Part shown: positions 8,215 through 18,884 of the stretch, in pieces
Layout of the letters: every line of letters begins with the position of its first letter
How positions within the stretch are numbered: the stretch's first letter is position 1
Origin: Candidatus Aenigmatarchaeota archaeon
GTDB taxonomy: Archaea; Thermoplasmatota; Thermoplasmata; Halarchaeoplasmatales; Halarchaeoplasmataceae
Length of the DNA: 64,000 bases
Assembly: GCA_046537845.1 (NCBI GenBank)
Contig: JBKHKA010000001.1
Location: 84,317 to 148,316 of the forward strand
Direction: 5' to 3'
Program-made: the position numbers and the translations under genes
The notes under the pieces: generated by a model
What the model was told of the DNA's origin: nothing
Database searches by the model: none
What the model saw: only the letters and a program-made list of their open reading frames with translations

Positions 8215-9995
8215 TCTACAGTCACGCTCTTGGCGAGATTTCTAGGTTTGTCTATGTCCCGGTCCAACCTATATGCGGTATGGTATGCGAGCAGCTGTAA
8301 GACGACATTAACCAGCAGAGGTGAAAACAGTGGTGAAGTTTCCGGTATAAAATATGAGTCATCCGCTAACTTTTTGAGTTCTTTGTCTTCATCTCCCACG
8401 ACTATGACAGGGCTGTCTCTAGCGGCGATCTCTCCTATGTTGCCGAGCATCTTTCCGAAGGTATGGTCCTTGACTGCGATAGCGATGACCGGTGTATCTT
8501 TGGTCAGAAGAGCGAAGGGTCCGTGCTTCAATTCACCGGCCGGGTATCCTGCAGCGTGGATGTAAGCTATCTCCTTCAATTTCAGCGCTCCTTCAAGAGC
8601 CACAGGATAATTTATATTTCTGCCGACGAAAAATATGTCATACGCTTCTGCAAGTCTTTCCGTCATCCCCCTTATATCATCATTATCATCCAAGATCCTC
8701 TCTACTTTTCTAGGGAGGCTTCTCAGTTCGTCTTTATAGTCTTCGGCTTCCTCTTTGCTCAAGACTCCTTTCCTAAGACCCAATTCGATCGCGAGCAGGT
8801 ATAATATTATCACTTGAGTGGTAAATGTTTTTGTAGCCGCTACACCTATCTCCGGGCCGGCCTGGGTGTAGATGACCTCGTCGACTTCTCTGGTGATAGA
8901 ACTCTCCATCACGTTCGTTACCGCGAGGGTGTGGCATCCTCTCCTCTTCGCCTCTCGAGCGGCGGCTATGGTATCCAAGGTCTCGCCGCTCTGCGAGAAC
9001 AAGATCGTAAAGGGTGTACTGTCGGACTGGGAAGTGTATCTATACTCGGAAGATACTTCGACGGTACAGGGTATCTTAGCCAGCTTTTCAAATATGTACC
9101 TCCCCACATAGCCTGCGTGAGAAGAAGTACCGCAGGCCACGAATTGGACCGATTCTATCTCGTATTGAGAAAAATCTATCTCTTCAAATTTTGTAAGCCT
9201 ACCCAAGAGAGATTCGTGTATCGCTTTGGGCTGTTCATATATCTCTTTCAACATGTAGTGCTCATACCCGCTTTTTTCCGCATCTTCAACATCCCAGTCT
9301 ATACGTTTGGTATTCCTCTTTACCGGATTATCTTCTTCATCCCATATCTCTATCTCCCCTCTAGAGATGTGGGCCGTATCTCCATCCTGAAGGTATTTCA
9401 CATCTTTTGTATAATCGAGGAGGGCTGGAACGTCCGATGCCACAAAATTTTCATCAGATCCTACTCCTATGACCAAAGGACTTTCATTGCGGGCAACGAA
9501 CAGTTCGTTCGATCTCCTGTGAAGAGCTACTACAGCGTACGACCCCTCTATCTCTTGGATAGATTTCTTAAAGGCCTCTAAGAAATCCCCTTCGTATTTC
9601 TCCTCGATTAGGTGAACTATAACTTCACTATCGGTTTCAGAATGAAATTCATGACCTTTCTCTATCAATTCTTCCTTTATAAGGGTGAAATTATCTATTA
9701 TACCATTGTGCACGATGGCTATTTCTTCATTACAATCTAAGAAGGGATGGGCATTTCTATCCGATGGTTTTCCGTGGGTGGCCCATCTCGTGTGGCCGAT
9801 ACCGGCATCATGTTCGGGCACTTTGTCCTCTGAAAGATCGTCTATCCGACCCTTCTTCTTTTGGATATAGATATCTTCATCAGTCTTTACACAGACACCG
9901 GCCGAATCGTAGCCTCTGTATTCCAATCGTTTCAATCCCTTCAAGATCACATCCCCGACATCCTTGGGACCTGTATAACCAACTATGCCGCACAT
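8211..9995 (-). CDS. glmS: Glutamine--fructose-6-phosphate aminotransferase (isomerising)
   Basis: 594 aa. N-terminal MCGIVGY (Ntn Cys), two SIS domains, C-terminal ..NLAKSVTVE. Confidence 0.95.
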   Translation of the reverse strand: MCGIVGYTGPKDVGDVILKGLKRLEYRGYDSAGVCVKTDEDIYIQKKKGRIDDLSEDKVPEHDAGIGHTRWATHGKPSDRNAHPFLDCNEEIAIVHNGIIDNFTLIKEELIEKGHEFHSETDSEVIVHLIEEKYEGDFLEAFKKSIQEIEGSYAVVALHRRSNELFVARNESPLVIGVGSDENFVASDVPALLDYTKDVKYLQDGDTAHISRGEIEIWDEEDNPVKRNTKRIDWDVEDAEKSGYEHYMLKEIYEQPKAIHESLLGRLTKFEEIDFSQYEIESVQFVACGTSSHAGYVGRYIFEKLAKIPCTVEVSSEYRYTSQSDSTPFTILFSQSGETLDTIAAAREAKRRGCHTLAVTNVMESSITREVDEVIYTQAGPEIGVAATKTFTTQVIILYLLAIELGLRKGVLSKEEAEDYKDELRSLPRKVERILDDNDDIRGMTERLAEAYDIFFVGRNINYPVALEGALKLKEIAYIHAAGYPAGELKHGPFALLTKDTPVIAIAVKDHTFGKMLGNIGEIAARDSPVIVVGDEDKELKKLADDSYFIPETSPLFSPLLVNVVLQLLAYHTAYRLDRDIDKPRNLAKSVTVE

Positions 9996-10004
9996 CTCAT
10001 CACC

Positions 10005-11210
10005 TCACACCGCCTTCGAGCCCGAGACCAGGTTCTCACGGATGGTCCTTCCAGATCTTATCTCACAATCCTTTCCTACGATCACACCTGGTTCTATGGT
10101 GACCCCGGAACCGATCATGGTGTCTTCGGCTATCATGACCCCTATCTTTTTCACCTCGTGTAATCCGTCTTCAGCTTCGACCCTAGAATCACTAGAGTAA
10201 GTTGAAAAATTTGGCCCGGTTCTGACGCCTTCACCTATGACCGAATCCTCTATAGTAGTGTTCGCTCCGAAAAGTGCTCCTTTCATGATCACACTGTTCC
10301 TGATGACCGTGAAGGGAGCTATCTTGCTGTTATCACCTATACTCGTGGAAGGAAAGATACAAGCATTGGGTCCTATATCGCAGCCTTCACCAATGACCAC
10401 TGGACCTTCGATAAAAGTCCCTCCTCTTATCCTCGTACCCTTCCCTATCTTGACATCACCTTTTATGATAACGTTCTCTTCTATCAATCCATTTATCTTT
10501 TTATTCACAGCATCCAGAGCCGCGCTGTTCACACGAAGCAGGTCCCAGGGATAAACAGCGTCTATCCAAGTCTCGGTCGTGGTGATAGCTTTTACACTTT
10601 TTTCTTCTAATACCCTTTGGAACACCGACGGTATGTCGTAACCACCTTCATTCATGGCCTCTTCGATATGATCAAAGATCTTGGGAGGAAAAGAGCAGAT
10701 ACAAGTAGAGATGAGGTGGCTGGGGCTCCTCTCCGGTTTCTCAATGAGATTTTCTATCTCTTCACCACCCCTTTTCAGTGTTACAACACCATATTTCGAG
10801 GGGGTCTCACTTTTTGTTATCAAGAGTGAATACTCTTCCATCTCCTCCAACAGGTCAGAGACGGTCTCCTTGGAGATCACGTTGTCTCCAGGAAGGACCA
10901 AAAATTCTTCATCTATCTTATTTTTGGCCTGATAGAGTGCATGAGCGGTCCCTCCGGAAGGAGGTTGTTTTCTCTGGATAACGTATTCGATCTCCGCACC
11001 AAAATCATCGCCATTACCAAAATAAGACATGATCCTCTGTCTACTGTAACCCACCACCATTACGATCTCGGTGATACCGTTCTCAACTAGAGCTTCTACG
11101 ACATACCCCAATATGGGTTTGTTCGCGACTGGTATCATCACCTTGGGCTCTGTTGCGGTGAACGGACGTAGCCTAGTACCTTCCCCTGCGGCTAAGATAA
11201 CTGCTTTCAT
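10005..11210 (-). CDS. glmU: Bifunctional sugar-1-phosphate nucleotidyltransferase / acetyltransferase (archaeal GlmU-like)
   Basis: 401 aa. MKAVILAAGEGTRLRPFT nucleotidyltransferase motif, plus C-terminal left-handed beta-helix hexapeptide repeats (IGEGCDIGPNACI..IGDNSKI..). Confidence 0.8.
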   Translation of the reverse strand: MKAVILAAGEGTRLRPFTATEPKVMIPVANKPILGYVVEALVENGITEIVMVVGYSRQRIMSYFGNGDDFGAEIEYVIQRKQPPSGGTAHALYQAKNKIDEEFLVLPGDNVISKETVSDLLEEMEEYSLLITKSETPSKYGVVTLKRGGEEIENLIEKPERSPSHLISTCICSFPPKIFDHIEEAMNEGGYDIPSVFQRVLEEKSVKAITTTETWIDAVYPWDLLRVNSAALDAVNKKINGLIEENVIIKGDVKIGKGTRIRGGTFIEGPVVIGEGCDIGPNACIFPSTSIGDNSKIAPFTVIRNSVIMKGALFGANTTIEDSVIGEGVRTGPNFSTYSSDSRVEAEDGLHEVKKIGVMIAEDTMIGSGVTIEPGVIVGKDCEIRSGRTIRENLVSGSKAV

Positions 11211-11262
11211 AGGTTTGTATCAATGTGGGTCAATTTAAAGATTTTGTCTGTTATCCCTAAAT

Positions 11263-14121
11263 TCACTCGATATATATCGCAGGTCTGTAAGGTTTTGCCT
11301 GTGACGCCTTTTCCTTAGGGTCGTAGATATCCTCTTTACCTGCCTCTCTAACCTCAACTTCTGTTTCAAAAGCCTCCTCGAGGTACGCTTTACTCTCTTC
11401 AAGCACCCCTTTTTCATGGATATCCGCTTTTAGGAAGGCTTCCTCTTTTCTTTTTTTCACGTCCTCCAAAGCTTTTTGAACGAAGGACGATAGTTCATCT
11501 GAAGGGGCATCGATCTCGTCCACCAGGTCTCCCATCACACCCATCCCTCTATCCGGATTTTCTTTCACCTTCTCTAACGCCTTTTCCTTCCACTCTTCCG
11601 CGATATAGATGTATATCTTATTTCCGTCAACCTCAGCTATATCCAATATGTGCTGTATATCGTCCTGGACTTTCTTTATATATTCTTCACGGACCTCGGC
11701 CCTACGGGATATCATCTCCTCATCGGGAACGGGGAGGGCGGCCTCTGTCACGAACTCTATATCCCATCTCTCAGATAGTTCCTCGGCGACGTGAGGGGTA
11801 AAAGGAGTCATCATCTTTACGAGTTTCTCCCCCACTTCATTCAAAAGTTCACCGTTCTCTCCGCCTCTCTTCAAGTACCAGTAGATCTCAGAGGGGATCT
11901 CATAAAAAGGTATGTTCGCACCTTTTCTGATCTCGTATCGATCCATGAGGTAATGATATTCTTTCAAATGTCCGTTGAATCTCGATCTTAGATAATCGTC
12001 TATCTTTTTCTCCTTTTTCTCCTCGCCGTCCTTATGCCATACCTTTTCCATCATGTCTACCAGTGAACTCAATTTTTTCTTGTAATTGAAAGCTTCCTCT
12101 TCATTCCAATCTTTGTCCACGAAGGGACTGGCTGAATGAGCGTAGAACAACCGAAGAGTATCTACTCCATACTTTTCCGCCGCATCGGGTATGGGCTCGG
12201 CACCGCCTTTCGACTTTGATATCTTGCCGCCTCTTCCCACGAGCCACCAGTTCACAAAGATACCTCTTGGCCGGTCTCCTTCTTCCAAAAGCCCCACGTG
12301 GTTCATGAGGAAGACTGGGAAGTGTACAGTCATGTGCTCTTTACCGCCCAGGTTCAGATCCAGAGGATACCAGTACTCGAAGTCGGACCTGATCTCTTCC
12401 AACTTACCTTTAGGGACATCTATCTTTTCCGCCACATCTGATGCTTTACCTTCGCCCAATAACACGAAATCGAAGAAGTCCTCGTTCATCTGCTCCGCTT
12501 TTATTTCACCTTCGTTGTAATATCTCGCGATTATATAGTAGGCTGGATAAAGGGTGGAATCCGCGATCGCTTCGATGACCCATTCTTCGTCGAAGGGAAA
12601 TTCAGTACCCATCCAATTCCCCTTACGGGCACAAGAACGATCCTTGAACCACTCTATCGTAGAAGGTAAATTGTCCGCATAACTCTGCGGCTTTATCGTC
12701 ATCTGCTCCGCATGCTCGACACTTTTCTCCGTTAACTCTTCATCGGAATATCGGATGAACCACTGGTCCGGTATCTTGCCCACCACAACCTTGCCCCCAC
12801 AACGGCATATGACCTCCTCGGAAAGATCGTAGATGATGTCCGCTTCACCGGATTCGATCAGGTCTTTTTTGACCCTTTCTTTTGCTTCTTGAACTCTCAT
12901 GCCGGCGTACTCGCCGCAGGTATCCAGCATCTCACCGGTGTGGAAGCCCGCCCTGTATATCCTCTCCGTAGCCTCTTCCAACTTCTCTTCTTCTTCCTGC
13001 GAGCTTATCCCCATCTCTTCGATTATCTCCTCAGCGGGAAGAGTGCCCCATCTATCGGATTCGATTATCTCTATCGGTTCTAGATCATCTATATCTAGGT
13101 CGTATCTTTCTTTCAACTCTTTGTCCTCTTTTATGTCCTTCAAAGCTATCCAATCGTAGGGGGCATCGCTCGGAACACTGGTCACTATGCCGGTTCCAAA
13201 GTCCGGATCGGTGAACTTCGCAGGGAGTATTATTATATCCTTACCTATACCTGGGGCCTTGACGTGATCCCCTATCATCTCTTCTCCCTTTATGGTATCG
13301 ACCTTCTCGATCGATCCTTTTTGATAACTCAGTTTTTCTGCGGCCTCTTCACTCATTATCCACTCTTCCCCATCGACCTCGACCACGACGTATTCGAGTT
13401 CTGGATTTACCCAGAGATTGGTCTGTCCGAAGACAGTCTCAGGACGCAGAGTCGCGGCCGTGATGTACCTATCCCCATATTCAAATTTCAGTAGAGTGAA
13501 TTCCTGCTTCTCCGCGTCACCGCCTTTAGAAAGATCGGTCTCCGAAGGATCGACCGCGACGGGACCACAGTCTACACACTCAGTTCCAAAGTAAGGCTTC
13601 TGGGTCAGCAGACCCTTTTCTTCCAACTTCTTGAACTGCCAGGTTATGAATTTTTTATAATCTTCTCTTATGGTATAGGTGAAATAATCGAAATCTATGG
13701 AGAATCCGAACTTTTTCCAATAATCTTCTTTGTAAACCTCGTTGAAGTAATTAACCACGTCAGAGGGATCCTTCATCCTCTCTATATCTTCTTCGGTAGC
13801 GCCGTTCTTTTTCATATACTCTATCTTTTTTTCATCTCCCTCCTCCAATTTCTTCGCTAGACTTATAGCCTGATTTCCAGTGGGATGTGTGCCGGCAGGG
13901 AACAGAACATTGTAGCCCTTCATCTCTTTGTACCTCGCCAGTATATCCGTATATGTGTAACATCTCATGTGGCCCAGATGTAAGAAACCGGAGATGCCGG
14001 GGTATGCAAATATAAGGTAATAGGGTGTCTTTTCTTCATCTCTTTCCGTTCTATGGACCTCATTCTCTTCCCATCTTTTCCGCCATTTTTCTTCGATCTT
14101 TATGTGGTCGTATTCGTCCAT
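11263..14121 (-). CDS. leuS: Leucyl-tRNA synthetase (archaeal type)
   Basis: 952 aa. HLGH (HIGH) and KISKSKG (KMSKS) motifs, with an editing-domain insertion. Confidence 0.95.
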   Translation of the reverse strand: MDEYDHIKIEEKWRKRWEENEVHRTERDEEKTPYYLIFAYPGISGFLHLGHMRCYTYTDILARYKEMKGYNVLFPAGTHPTGNQAISLAKKLEEGDEKKIEYMKKNGATEEDIERMKDPSDVVNYFNEVYKEDYWKKFGFSIDFDYFTYTIREDYKKFITWQFKKLEEKGLLTQKPYFGTECVDCGPVAVDPSETDLSKGGDAEKQEFTLLKFEYGDRYITAATLRPETVFGQTNLWVNPELEYVVVEVDGEEWIMSEEAAEKLSYQKGSIEKVDTIKGEEMIGDHVKAPGIGKDIIILPAKFTDPDFGTGIVTSVPSDAPYDWIALKDIKEDKELKERYDLDIDDLEPIEIIESDRWGTLPAEEIIEEMGISSQEEEEKLEEATERIYRAGFHTGEMLDTCGEYAGMRVQEAKERVKKDLIESGEADIIYDLSEEVICRCGGKVVVGKIPDQWFIRYSDEELTEKSVEHAEQMTIKPQSYADNLPSTIEWFKDRSCARKGNWMGTEFPFDEEWVIEAIADSTLYPAYYIIARYYNEGEIKAEQMNEDFFDFVLLGEGKASDVAEKIDVPKGKLEEIRSDFEYWYPLDLNLGGKEHMTVHFPVFLMNHVGLLEEGDRPRGIFVNWWLVGRGGKISKSKGGAEPIPDAAEKYGVDTLRLFYAHSASPFVDKDWNEEEAFNYKKKLSSLVDMMEKVWHKDGEEKKEKKIDDYLRSRFNGHLKEYHYLMDRYEIRKGANIPFYEIPSEIYWYLKRGGENGELLNEVGEKLVKMMTPFTPHVAEELSERWDIEFVTEAALPVPDEEMISRRAEVREEYIKKVQDDIQHILDIAEVDGNKIYIYIAEEWKEKALEKVKENPDRGMGVMGDLVDEIDAPSDELSSFVQKALEDVKKRKEEAFLKADIHEKGVLEESKAYLEEAFETEVEVREAGKEDIYDPKEKASQAKPYRPAIYIE

Positions 14122-14218
14122 GGATTCAGAATAAAACGGTAGATTTAAAGTCTTTCGACAACAGGCAGTGGACCCCTAGACCGAAAAACTATTTTGTCAT
14201 GTTCCCATATCGAACAAG

Positions 14219-14791
14219 ATGTCTAAATTCATAGTACTAGAAGGGATAGATGGATCCGGAAAATCGAGTGTCGCAGAGTTCCTAGAAAGAAGAGTGGAGA
14301 AAGTGTATCTGACCTGTGAGCCCTCGGATTCAGAACCGGGTAAGTTGGCACAGAAAATAGCTAAAGAGGAAACCTCTCCTTTCATGGACCTGTTTTTGTA
14401 CCTCGCAGACAGGGTGGAGCATACGGAAAAGATCAAAAAGAAATTGGATAAAGGTTTTGATGTGGTCTGCGACAGGTATTGGGGCTCGACCGCAGCTTAT
14501 CAATCTGCACATCCTGAGATCGATTTCGAATATGCAGTAGAAGTCCAAAAACCCTTCATAATGAGACCTTCTATCACTTTTCTTTTGGACATAGACCCCG
14601 AGGTCTCGTTAGAGAGGATCTCGGGCCGGAAGGTGAAGAGCAAGTACGAAAGGCTAAATTTTCTAAAGAAAGTGAGAAAGAACTATCTCACACTCGGTGA
14701 AGAGTATGATTGGAGTATAATCGACGCTGATCAGAGTCCAGAAGACGTGATATCACAGGTAGAAAAAGTGCTGGAAAGAGAAGAAGAATAA
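14219..14791 (+). CDS. tmk: Thymidylate (dTMP) kinase
   Basis: 190 aa. MSKFIVLEGIDGSGKSS P-loop, DRY motif (CDRYWGST). Confidence 0.9.
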   Translation: MSKFIVLEGIDGSGKSSVAEFLERRVEKVYLTCEPSDSEPGKLAQKIAKEETSPFMDLFLYLADRVEHTEKIKKKLDKGFDVVCDRYWGSTAAYQSAHPEIDFEYAVEVQKPFIMRPSITFLLDIDPEVSLERISGRKVKSKYERLNFLKKVRKNYLTLGEEYDWSIIDADQSPEDVISQVEKVLEREEE

Positions 14792-14857
14792 AAGTAGAGT
14801 AAAAGGAAAGGGTTTTGTATTTTATAGCCGGGCGGGAGATCAGTCTCTGAACCAGCT

Positions 14858-16522
14858 TCACATCATTCCTGGAGGCATCCCACCGCCGGGCATTCCGCCG
14901 GCTCCTGGTGCACCACCTGGTGGTCCGCCGCCTTCATCTCCGCCTCCACCTTTAGAGGCGACAACATCGTCTATCCTCAGTATCATGTTGGCGACTTCGG
15001 TGGCGGATTCTATCGCTTGTGTCTTCACCCGTAGCGGTTCGATCACTTTTGATTCGAGCATGTCCGAGACTTCACCGGTTATTATCTCTATACCCTGGCT
15101 CCTGAGTTTCTCTTTTTCATGGGCGGTGTTGAGCTCCATCAGCACATCTATACCGTCTATACCAGCGTTCTCTGCTAGAGTTCTCGGGATAATGTCCAGT
15201 GCATCGGCGAAGGCTTCAACGGCCAACTGTTCTCTGCCTTCTATGGTGCCGGCATAGCTTTTCAGTCTATTGCTCAATTCTATCTCTATAGCTCCACCGC
15301 CGGGTAATATGGCTCCATCTTCTATGGCCACAGCTGCGACTTTCAATGCATCGTGTACCGCTCTTTCAAGTTCATCTACGACGTGTTCAGTACCTCCTCT
15401 CAAAAGCAGTGAAACGGCCTTGCCTTTCTCCGCATCTTCGATGAATGTCATATGGCTGTCTCCGACCATCTTCTCTCTGACGTAACCCGCTTTACCTAGG
15501 TCCGCGGCTTCTAGATCGCTGAGATTGGTCACGATATTTCCACCGGTAGCCTTTGCGAGTTTCTTCATGTCAGATTTCTTGACCCTTCTTATAGCGAAGA
15601 TACCTTCTTTGGCGAGATAGTGCTGAGCCAAGTCATCTATACCTTTCTGGCAGAGCAGAACGTTCGCGCCGGAATCTTTCACTTTCTGGACCATCTCCCT
15701 GATGCTCTCTTCTTCCTTGTTGACGAACTGTTCCAGCTGATCTGGATCGGTTATCTCTATCTCTGCGTCGACTTCGGTCTCTTTTATCTCTAAAGCGGAG
15801 TTGAGAAGTGCGATCTTGGCGTCCTTGACCTCCGTAGGCATATTTTCGTGGAGTCTTTCTTTATCTAGTAGAACTCCGTTGATCATCTCGGTATTATCGA
15901 CACCAGCTCCCGCTTTCTTTTCGACCTTGACGTTGTCGATGTCAACTGAATAACTCCCATCCTCTTTTTCGGCAACGTGTCTTACAGCATCCACGGCGAG
16001 TTCAGCGAGCCTTTCTTTTTCTCCTTCTATCGCCTTACCGGTCATAGCCGTCATAGCGATCTCTCGGAGTTTTTCTTCGTCTTCTATGTCTAGTTCTATC
16101 TTGCTCTCTTCTAATATCTCTCTAGCCTTCATGGAAGCCAATCTAAAGCCTTTAGCTATGACACTGGGATGCACATTCTGCTCGATAAGTTCTTCCGCAT
16201 TTTTCAAAAGCTCTCCAGCTAACACCACAACCGTAGTGGTTCCATCGCCGCACTCGTCGTCTTGACTCTCTGCCATCTCTACAGCCATCTTTGCAGCCGG
16301 ATGTTCGATGTCTATCTCGTCCAGTATGGTAGCGCCGTCATTGGTTATGACAACATCTCCAAGACTATCCACCAGCATCTTGTCCATTCCCTTGGGTCCT
16401 AACGTGGTCCTAACCGCATCAGCCACTGCTTTTGCGGCGGCTATGTTGTTCTTCTGTGCGTCTCTTCCTCTCTCTCTTTCCGTGTCTTCCTTCAAAAGCA
16501 ATATCGGTTGATTTCCCATCAT
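14858..16522 (-). CDS. ths: Thermosome subunit (group II chaperonin)
   Basis: 554 aa. [16 protein letters not shown] and VPGGGA-like (LPGGGAIE) motifs, Gly/Met-rich C-terminal tail ..[13 protein letters not shown]. Confidence 0.95.
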   Translation of the reverse strand: MMGNQPILLLKEDTERERGRDAQKNNIAAAKAVADAVRTTLGPKGMDKMLVDSLGDVVITNDGATILDEIDIEHPAAKMAVEMAESQDDECGDGTTTVVVLAGELLKNAEELIEQNVHPSVIAKGFRLASMKAREILEESKIELDIEDEEKLREIAMTAMTGKAIEGEKERLAELAVDAVRHVAEKEDGSYSVDIDNVKVEKKAGAGVDNTEMINGVLLDKERLHENMPTEVKDAKIALLNSALEIKETEVDAEIEITDPDQLEQFVNKEEESIREMVQKVKDSGANVLLCQKGIDDLAQHYLAKEGIFAIRRVKKSDMKKLAKATGGNIVTNLSDLEAADLGKAGYVREKMVGDSHMTFIEDAEKGKAVSLLLRGGTEHVVDELERAVHDALKVAAVAIEDGAILPGGGAIEIELSNRLKSYAGTIEGREQLAVEAFADALDIIPRTLAENAGIDGIDVLMELNTAHEKEKLRSQGIEIITGEVSDMLESKVIEPLRVKTQAIESATEVANMILRIDDVVASKGGGGDEGGGPPGGAPGAGGMPGGGMPPGMM

Positions 16523-16572
16523 GGTTGTTCACCTTTTAACAGGGGGCAGATGATTGAGGTTCTATATAAATT

Positions 16573-16580
16573 TTTCTTCC
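16573..16580 (-). promoter_or_regulatory. Candidate TATA box (TTTATATA on minus strand) for the thermosome gene
   Basis: Minus strand reads ..GAAAAA-TTTATATA-N40-ATG, with an A-rich BRE-like stretch upstream and AAGGTGA 8 nt before the ATG. Confidence 0.4.
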
Positions 16581-16632
16581 GGGCTTTCGTCTTTGTCCAA
16601 ACCTAAAAAAGAAAAAATTAAAGAAAGGATTT

Positions 16633-17586
16633 TTAGACGTCTATATCGATATCGAGTTTGTCGACTAGTTCTTTGTATCGGTTCCGGACCGTTACTTCAG
16701 TTACAGCGGCAACATCCGCCACTTCTCTTTGGGTGCGTCTCTCGCCTCCGTTTATGGAAGCTATGTAGATGGCCGCAGCTGCCAATCCAGTCGGTCCCTT
16801 ACCTGAGATCAATTCTTTCTCTTCAGCTTGATCGATTATGTTCCTAGCTATCTTTTTGACCTTTCCGCTCAAGTCCAATTCACTGCAGAAACGGCTCAGA
16901 TACTCCTGAGGTTTGGTGGGTTTCAGTTTCAATATCAATTCTCGGCTCAAAAATCGATACGTTCTTCCTATCTCCTTCCTATCAGAGGATGTAGCCTCAG
17001 CTATCTCGTCTAAAGTCCTTGGGACACCTGCCTTCCTGCACGCGGCATAGAGCGAAGCAGCCACAACGCTGTTGATGCTCCTACCTCTGATCAGATTCTT
17101 TTTTACGGCCTTCCTGTAGACTACCGCGGCCGTTTCTCTGATGTTTTTGGGAAGCCCCATGGTCGAGGCCATCCTGTCCATCTCCGTAAGAGCATAAGCA
17201 AGGTTCCTTTCTGTAGCATCTGAGACCCTTATCCGTCTCTGCCATTTCCGTAGTCTGTATATCTGCGCCTTCTTTTTACTGGGGATCGCTCTTCCATAGG
17301 AGTCACGGTTAGAAGAATCGATGCCTGTAGAAAGCCCTTTATCGTGAACCATCTCGGTCATGGGGGCGCCGGTCCGAGCCCTGCTTTCTTCCTGCTTCAT
17401 ATCAAAGGCCCGCCATTCTGGTCCTTCGTCGATATATTGATTATCAATTACTAGTCCACAATCTTCACAGATCAACTCCCCTCTATCATAATCCTGGGCC
17501 AGGTGTCTGCTGCCGCATTCTGGGCATTCAGTAACTTTTTCTACAGAGCTCGAAGTTTCCTCCTCTACCTCAATTTCATCATCCAT
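16633..17586 (-). CDS. tfb: Transcription initiation factor IIB (TFB)
   Basis: 317 aa. N-terminal Zn ribbon CPECGS..CEDCG, B-reader/linker HDKGLST, two cyclin-fold repeats. Looks very similar to haloarchaeal TFBs (from memory). Confidence 0.95.
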   Translation of the reverse strand: MDDEIEVEEETSSSVEKVTECPECGSRHLAQDYDRGELICEDCGLVIDNQYIDEGPEWRAFDMKQEESRARTGAPMTEMVHDKGLSTGIDSSNRDSYGRAIPSKKKAQIYRLRKWQRRIRVSDATERNLAYALTEMDRMASTMGLPKNIRETAAVVYRKAVKKNLIRGRSINSVVAASLYAACRKAGVPRTLDEIAEATSSDRKEIGRTYRFLSRELILKLKPTKPQEYLSRFCSELDLSGKVKKIARNIIDQAEEKELISGKGPTGLAAAAIYIASINGGERRTQREVADVAAVTEVTVRNRYKELVDKLDIDIDV

Positions 17587-17820
17587 CTATATCTCCTCCA
17601 CAAAGATCGGTTCATCCAATATGGAGAGCCTCTTTTTAGGATCTAATCGGGTCCTTATCTCCACAAAAGGTCTATTCACTGGTCCAAAAATCCACGTGAC
17701 CTCACCGATGGGTTTTTTTCTTTTATCTATGATCTGAGAACCCATCTCCGGTAGACGGGGGAATCTACCGATTATATTTCCCTCATTGGTCACGCTAGTT
17801 ATCTCTCCTTTATTCAACAT
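17587..17820 (-). CDS. gar1: H/ACA RNP component Gar1
   Basis: ..GNIIGRFPRLPEMGSQIIDKRKKPIGEVTWIFGPVNRPFVEIRT is the Gar1 core. It abuts tfb with no spacer, a conserved archaeal pairing. I prefer ATG 17820 (GGAGG 4 nt upstream) over the ORF-track start 17844, which lies in a TATATATA stretch. Confidence 0.75.
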   Translation of the reverse strand: MLNKGEITSVTNEGNIIGRFPRLPEMGSQIIDKRKKPIGEVTWIFGPVNRPFVEIRTRLDPKKRLSILDEPIFVEEI

Positions 17821-17918
17821 GGGGCCTCCATATATATATGTCAAACCTTAAATCTGTACCATGGGAAGTGTTATTTAAACCTTTCGTAAAATTTTATTAC
17901 TAAATAGATTGAACGCCT

Positions 17919-18833
17919 TCAAAATAGATACATCACGGGATTACCTATCACGAAAGAAAGGATGAACCCTCCAAATATCGGAACGATGAAAGGTATTTTA
18001 GGCGTGGTCCAAACTTTTCTTCTATCGTGTTCCTTCAAGGATTCGAGCCTTTCTTCGGACTTCGAACGAGGGAATAACTGGGTCTTCAACCTTCCTTCGT
18101 CGTAATACTCCATGGGCCAAACGAAGGAATCCTCTATCTCCTCTATATCTCTCCTATATCCAAAAAACATCTTGGGTATATCAAAATCTCCTTTGAATAC
18201 GTTGACAAAAAAGTAGCAGAGTGGAAAGATTATGACTATGAGGGAGGCGTTCAATAAGATCACCAGTGTGAAAGGAAAAAATGTCTGCATCAAAGGTATC
18301 AGATCGGAAGAAATGGCCCAATTTGTAAGGTTTGGTATAGAGGGATAAAAAGGTACCAGTACAGCCAAAGTTATCACCGCTTTCGCGTCCGCCCCGCCGT
18401 ACAGTATATAGAAAAAATAGAGTAAAAATGCGAACAGCATCATGCCGGGGATCATCGTGAGGGTCCAGAACAGGAGTGAATTGGCTAAGGTGTTCAGCAT
18501 GTAAGCGAAAACGATTATCGGAAATATGAGCCATAGCACCACTTTCAGGTTCAATTTGCCCTCAGAATATATCGGCGGTCTTTCCACGAAAGCTTCTGAG
18601 AAAAGAACTATTATGGGGATGAATATGAGAAGATGAGACCAGAATATCTCCTCGGCGAACCATAGTTTTCTTAAGATGAGCTCCGAAAATAAAAGCAGCA
18701 TAGCTGCGGAGCCCATGAGGATCCAAAGCTTGTTGGGAACCCGTCTAGTTTTGAGGTCAGTGACCGAGGCGACCGATAAGAAGCCGCAGCCTATCAGGAA
18801 CCTCGTAACAGAGAAATACCACATATACCTCAC
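17919..18833 (-). CDS. A24 family prepilin/preflagellin peptidase (FlaK/PibD-like)
   Basis: 304 aa, polytopic. First catalytic Asp in SVTDLKTRRVPN, second in the GGADAKA motif. C-terminal soluble extension as in FlaK. Confidence 0.75.
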   Translation of the reverse strand: MRYMWYFSVTRFLIGCGFLSVASVTDLKTRRVPNKLWILMGSAAMLLLFSELILRKLWFAEEIFWSHLLIFIPIIVLFSEAFVERPPIYSEGKLNLKVVLWLIFPIIVFAYMLNTLANSLLFWTLTMIPGMMLFAFLLYFFYILYGGADAKAVITLAVLVPFYPSIPNLTNWAISSDLIPLMQTFFPFTLVILLNASLIVIIFPLCYFFVNVFKGDFDIPKMFFGYRRDIEEIEDSFVWPMEYYDEGRLKTQLFPRSKSEERLESLKEHDRRKVWTTPKIPFIVPIFGGFILSFVIGNPVMYLF

Positions 18834-18884
18834 TTCTTGACCTGTCAGATGTGTTAGCCATTATAAAATATTTCGTATGAGATT

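Noticed and set aside
8230-9870. Several plus-strand ORFs, up to 255 aa (8814-9581)
   Set aside because: They are antisense to glmS, whose reading frame is unambiguous. They have no recognisable motifs.
11235-11417. 60-aa Lys/Arg-rich ORF overlapping the 3' end of leuS
   Set aside because: It is out of frame within leuS, and its extreme basic composition comes from reading the Glu/Lys-rich region in another frame.
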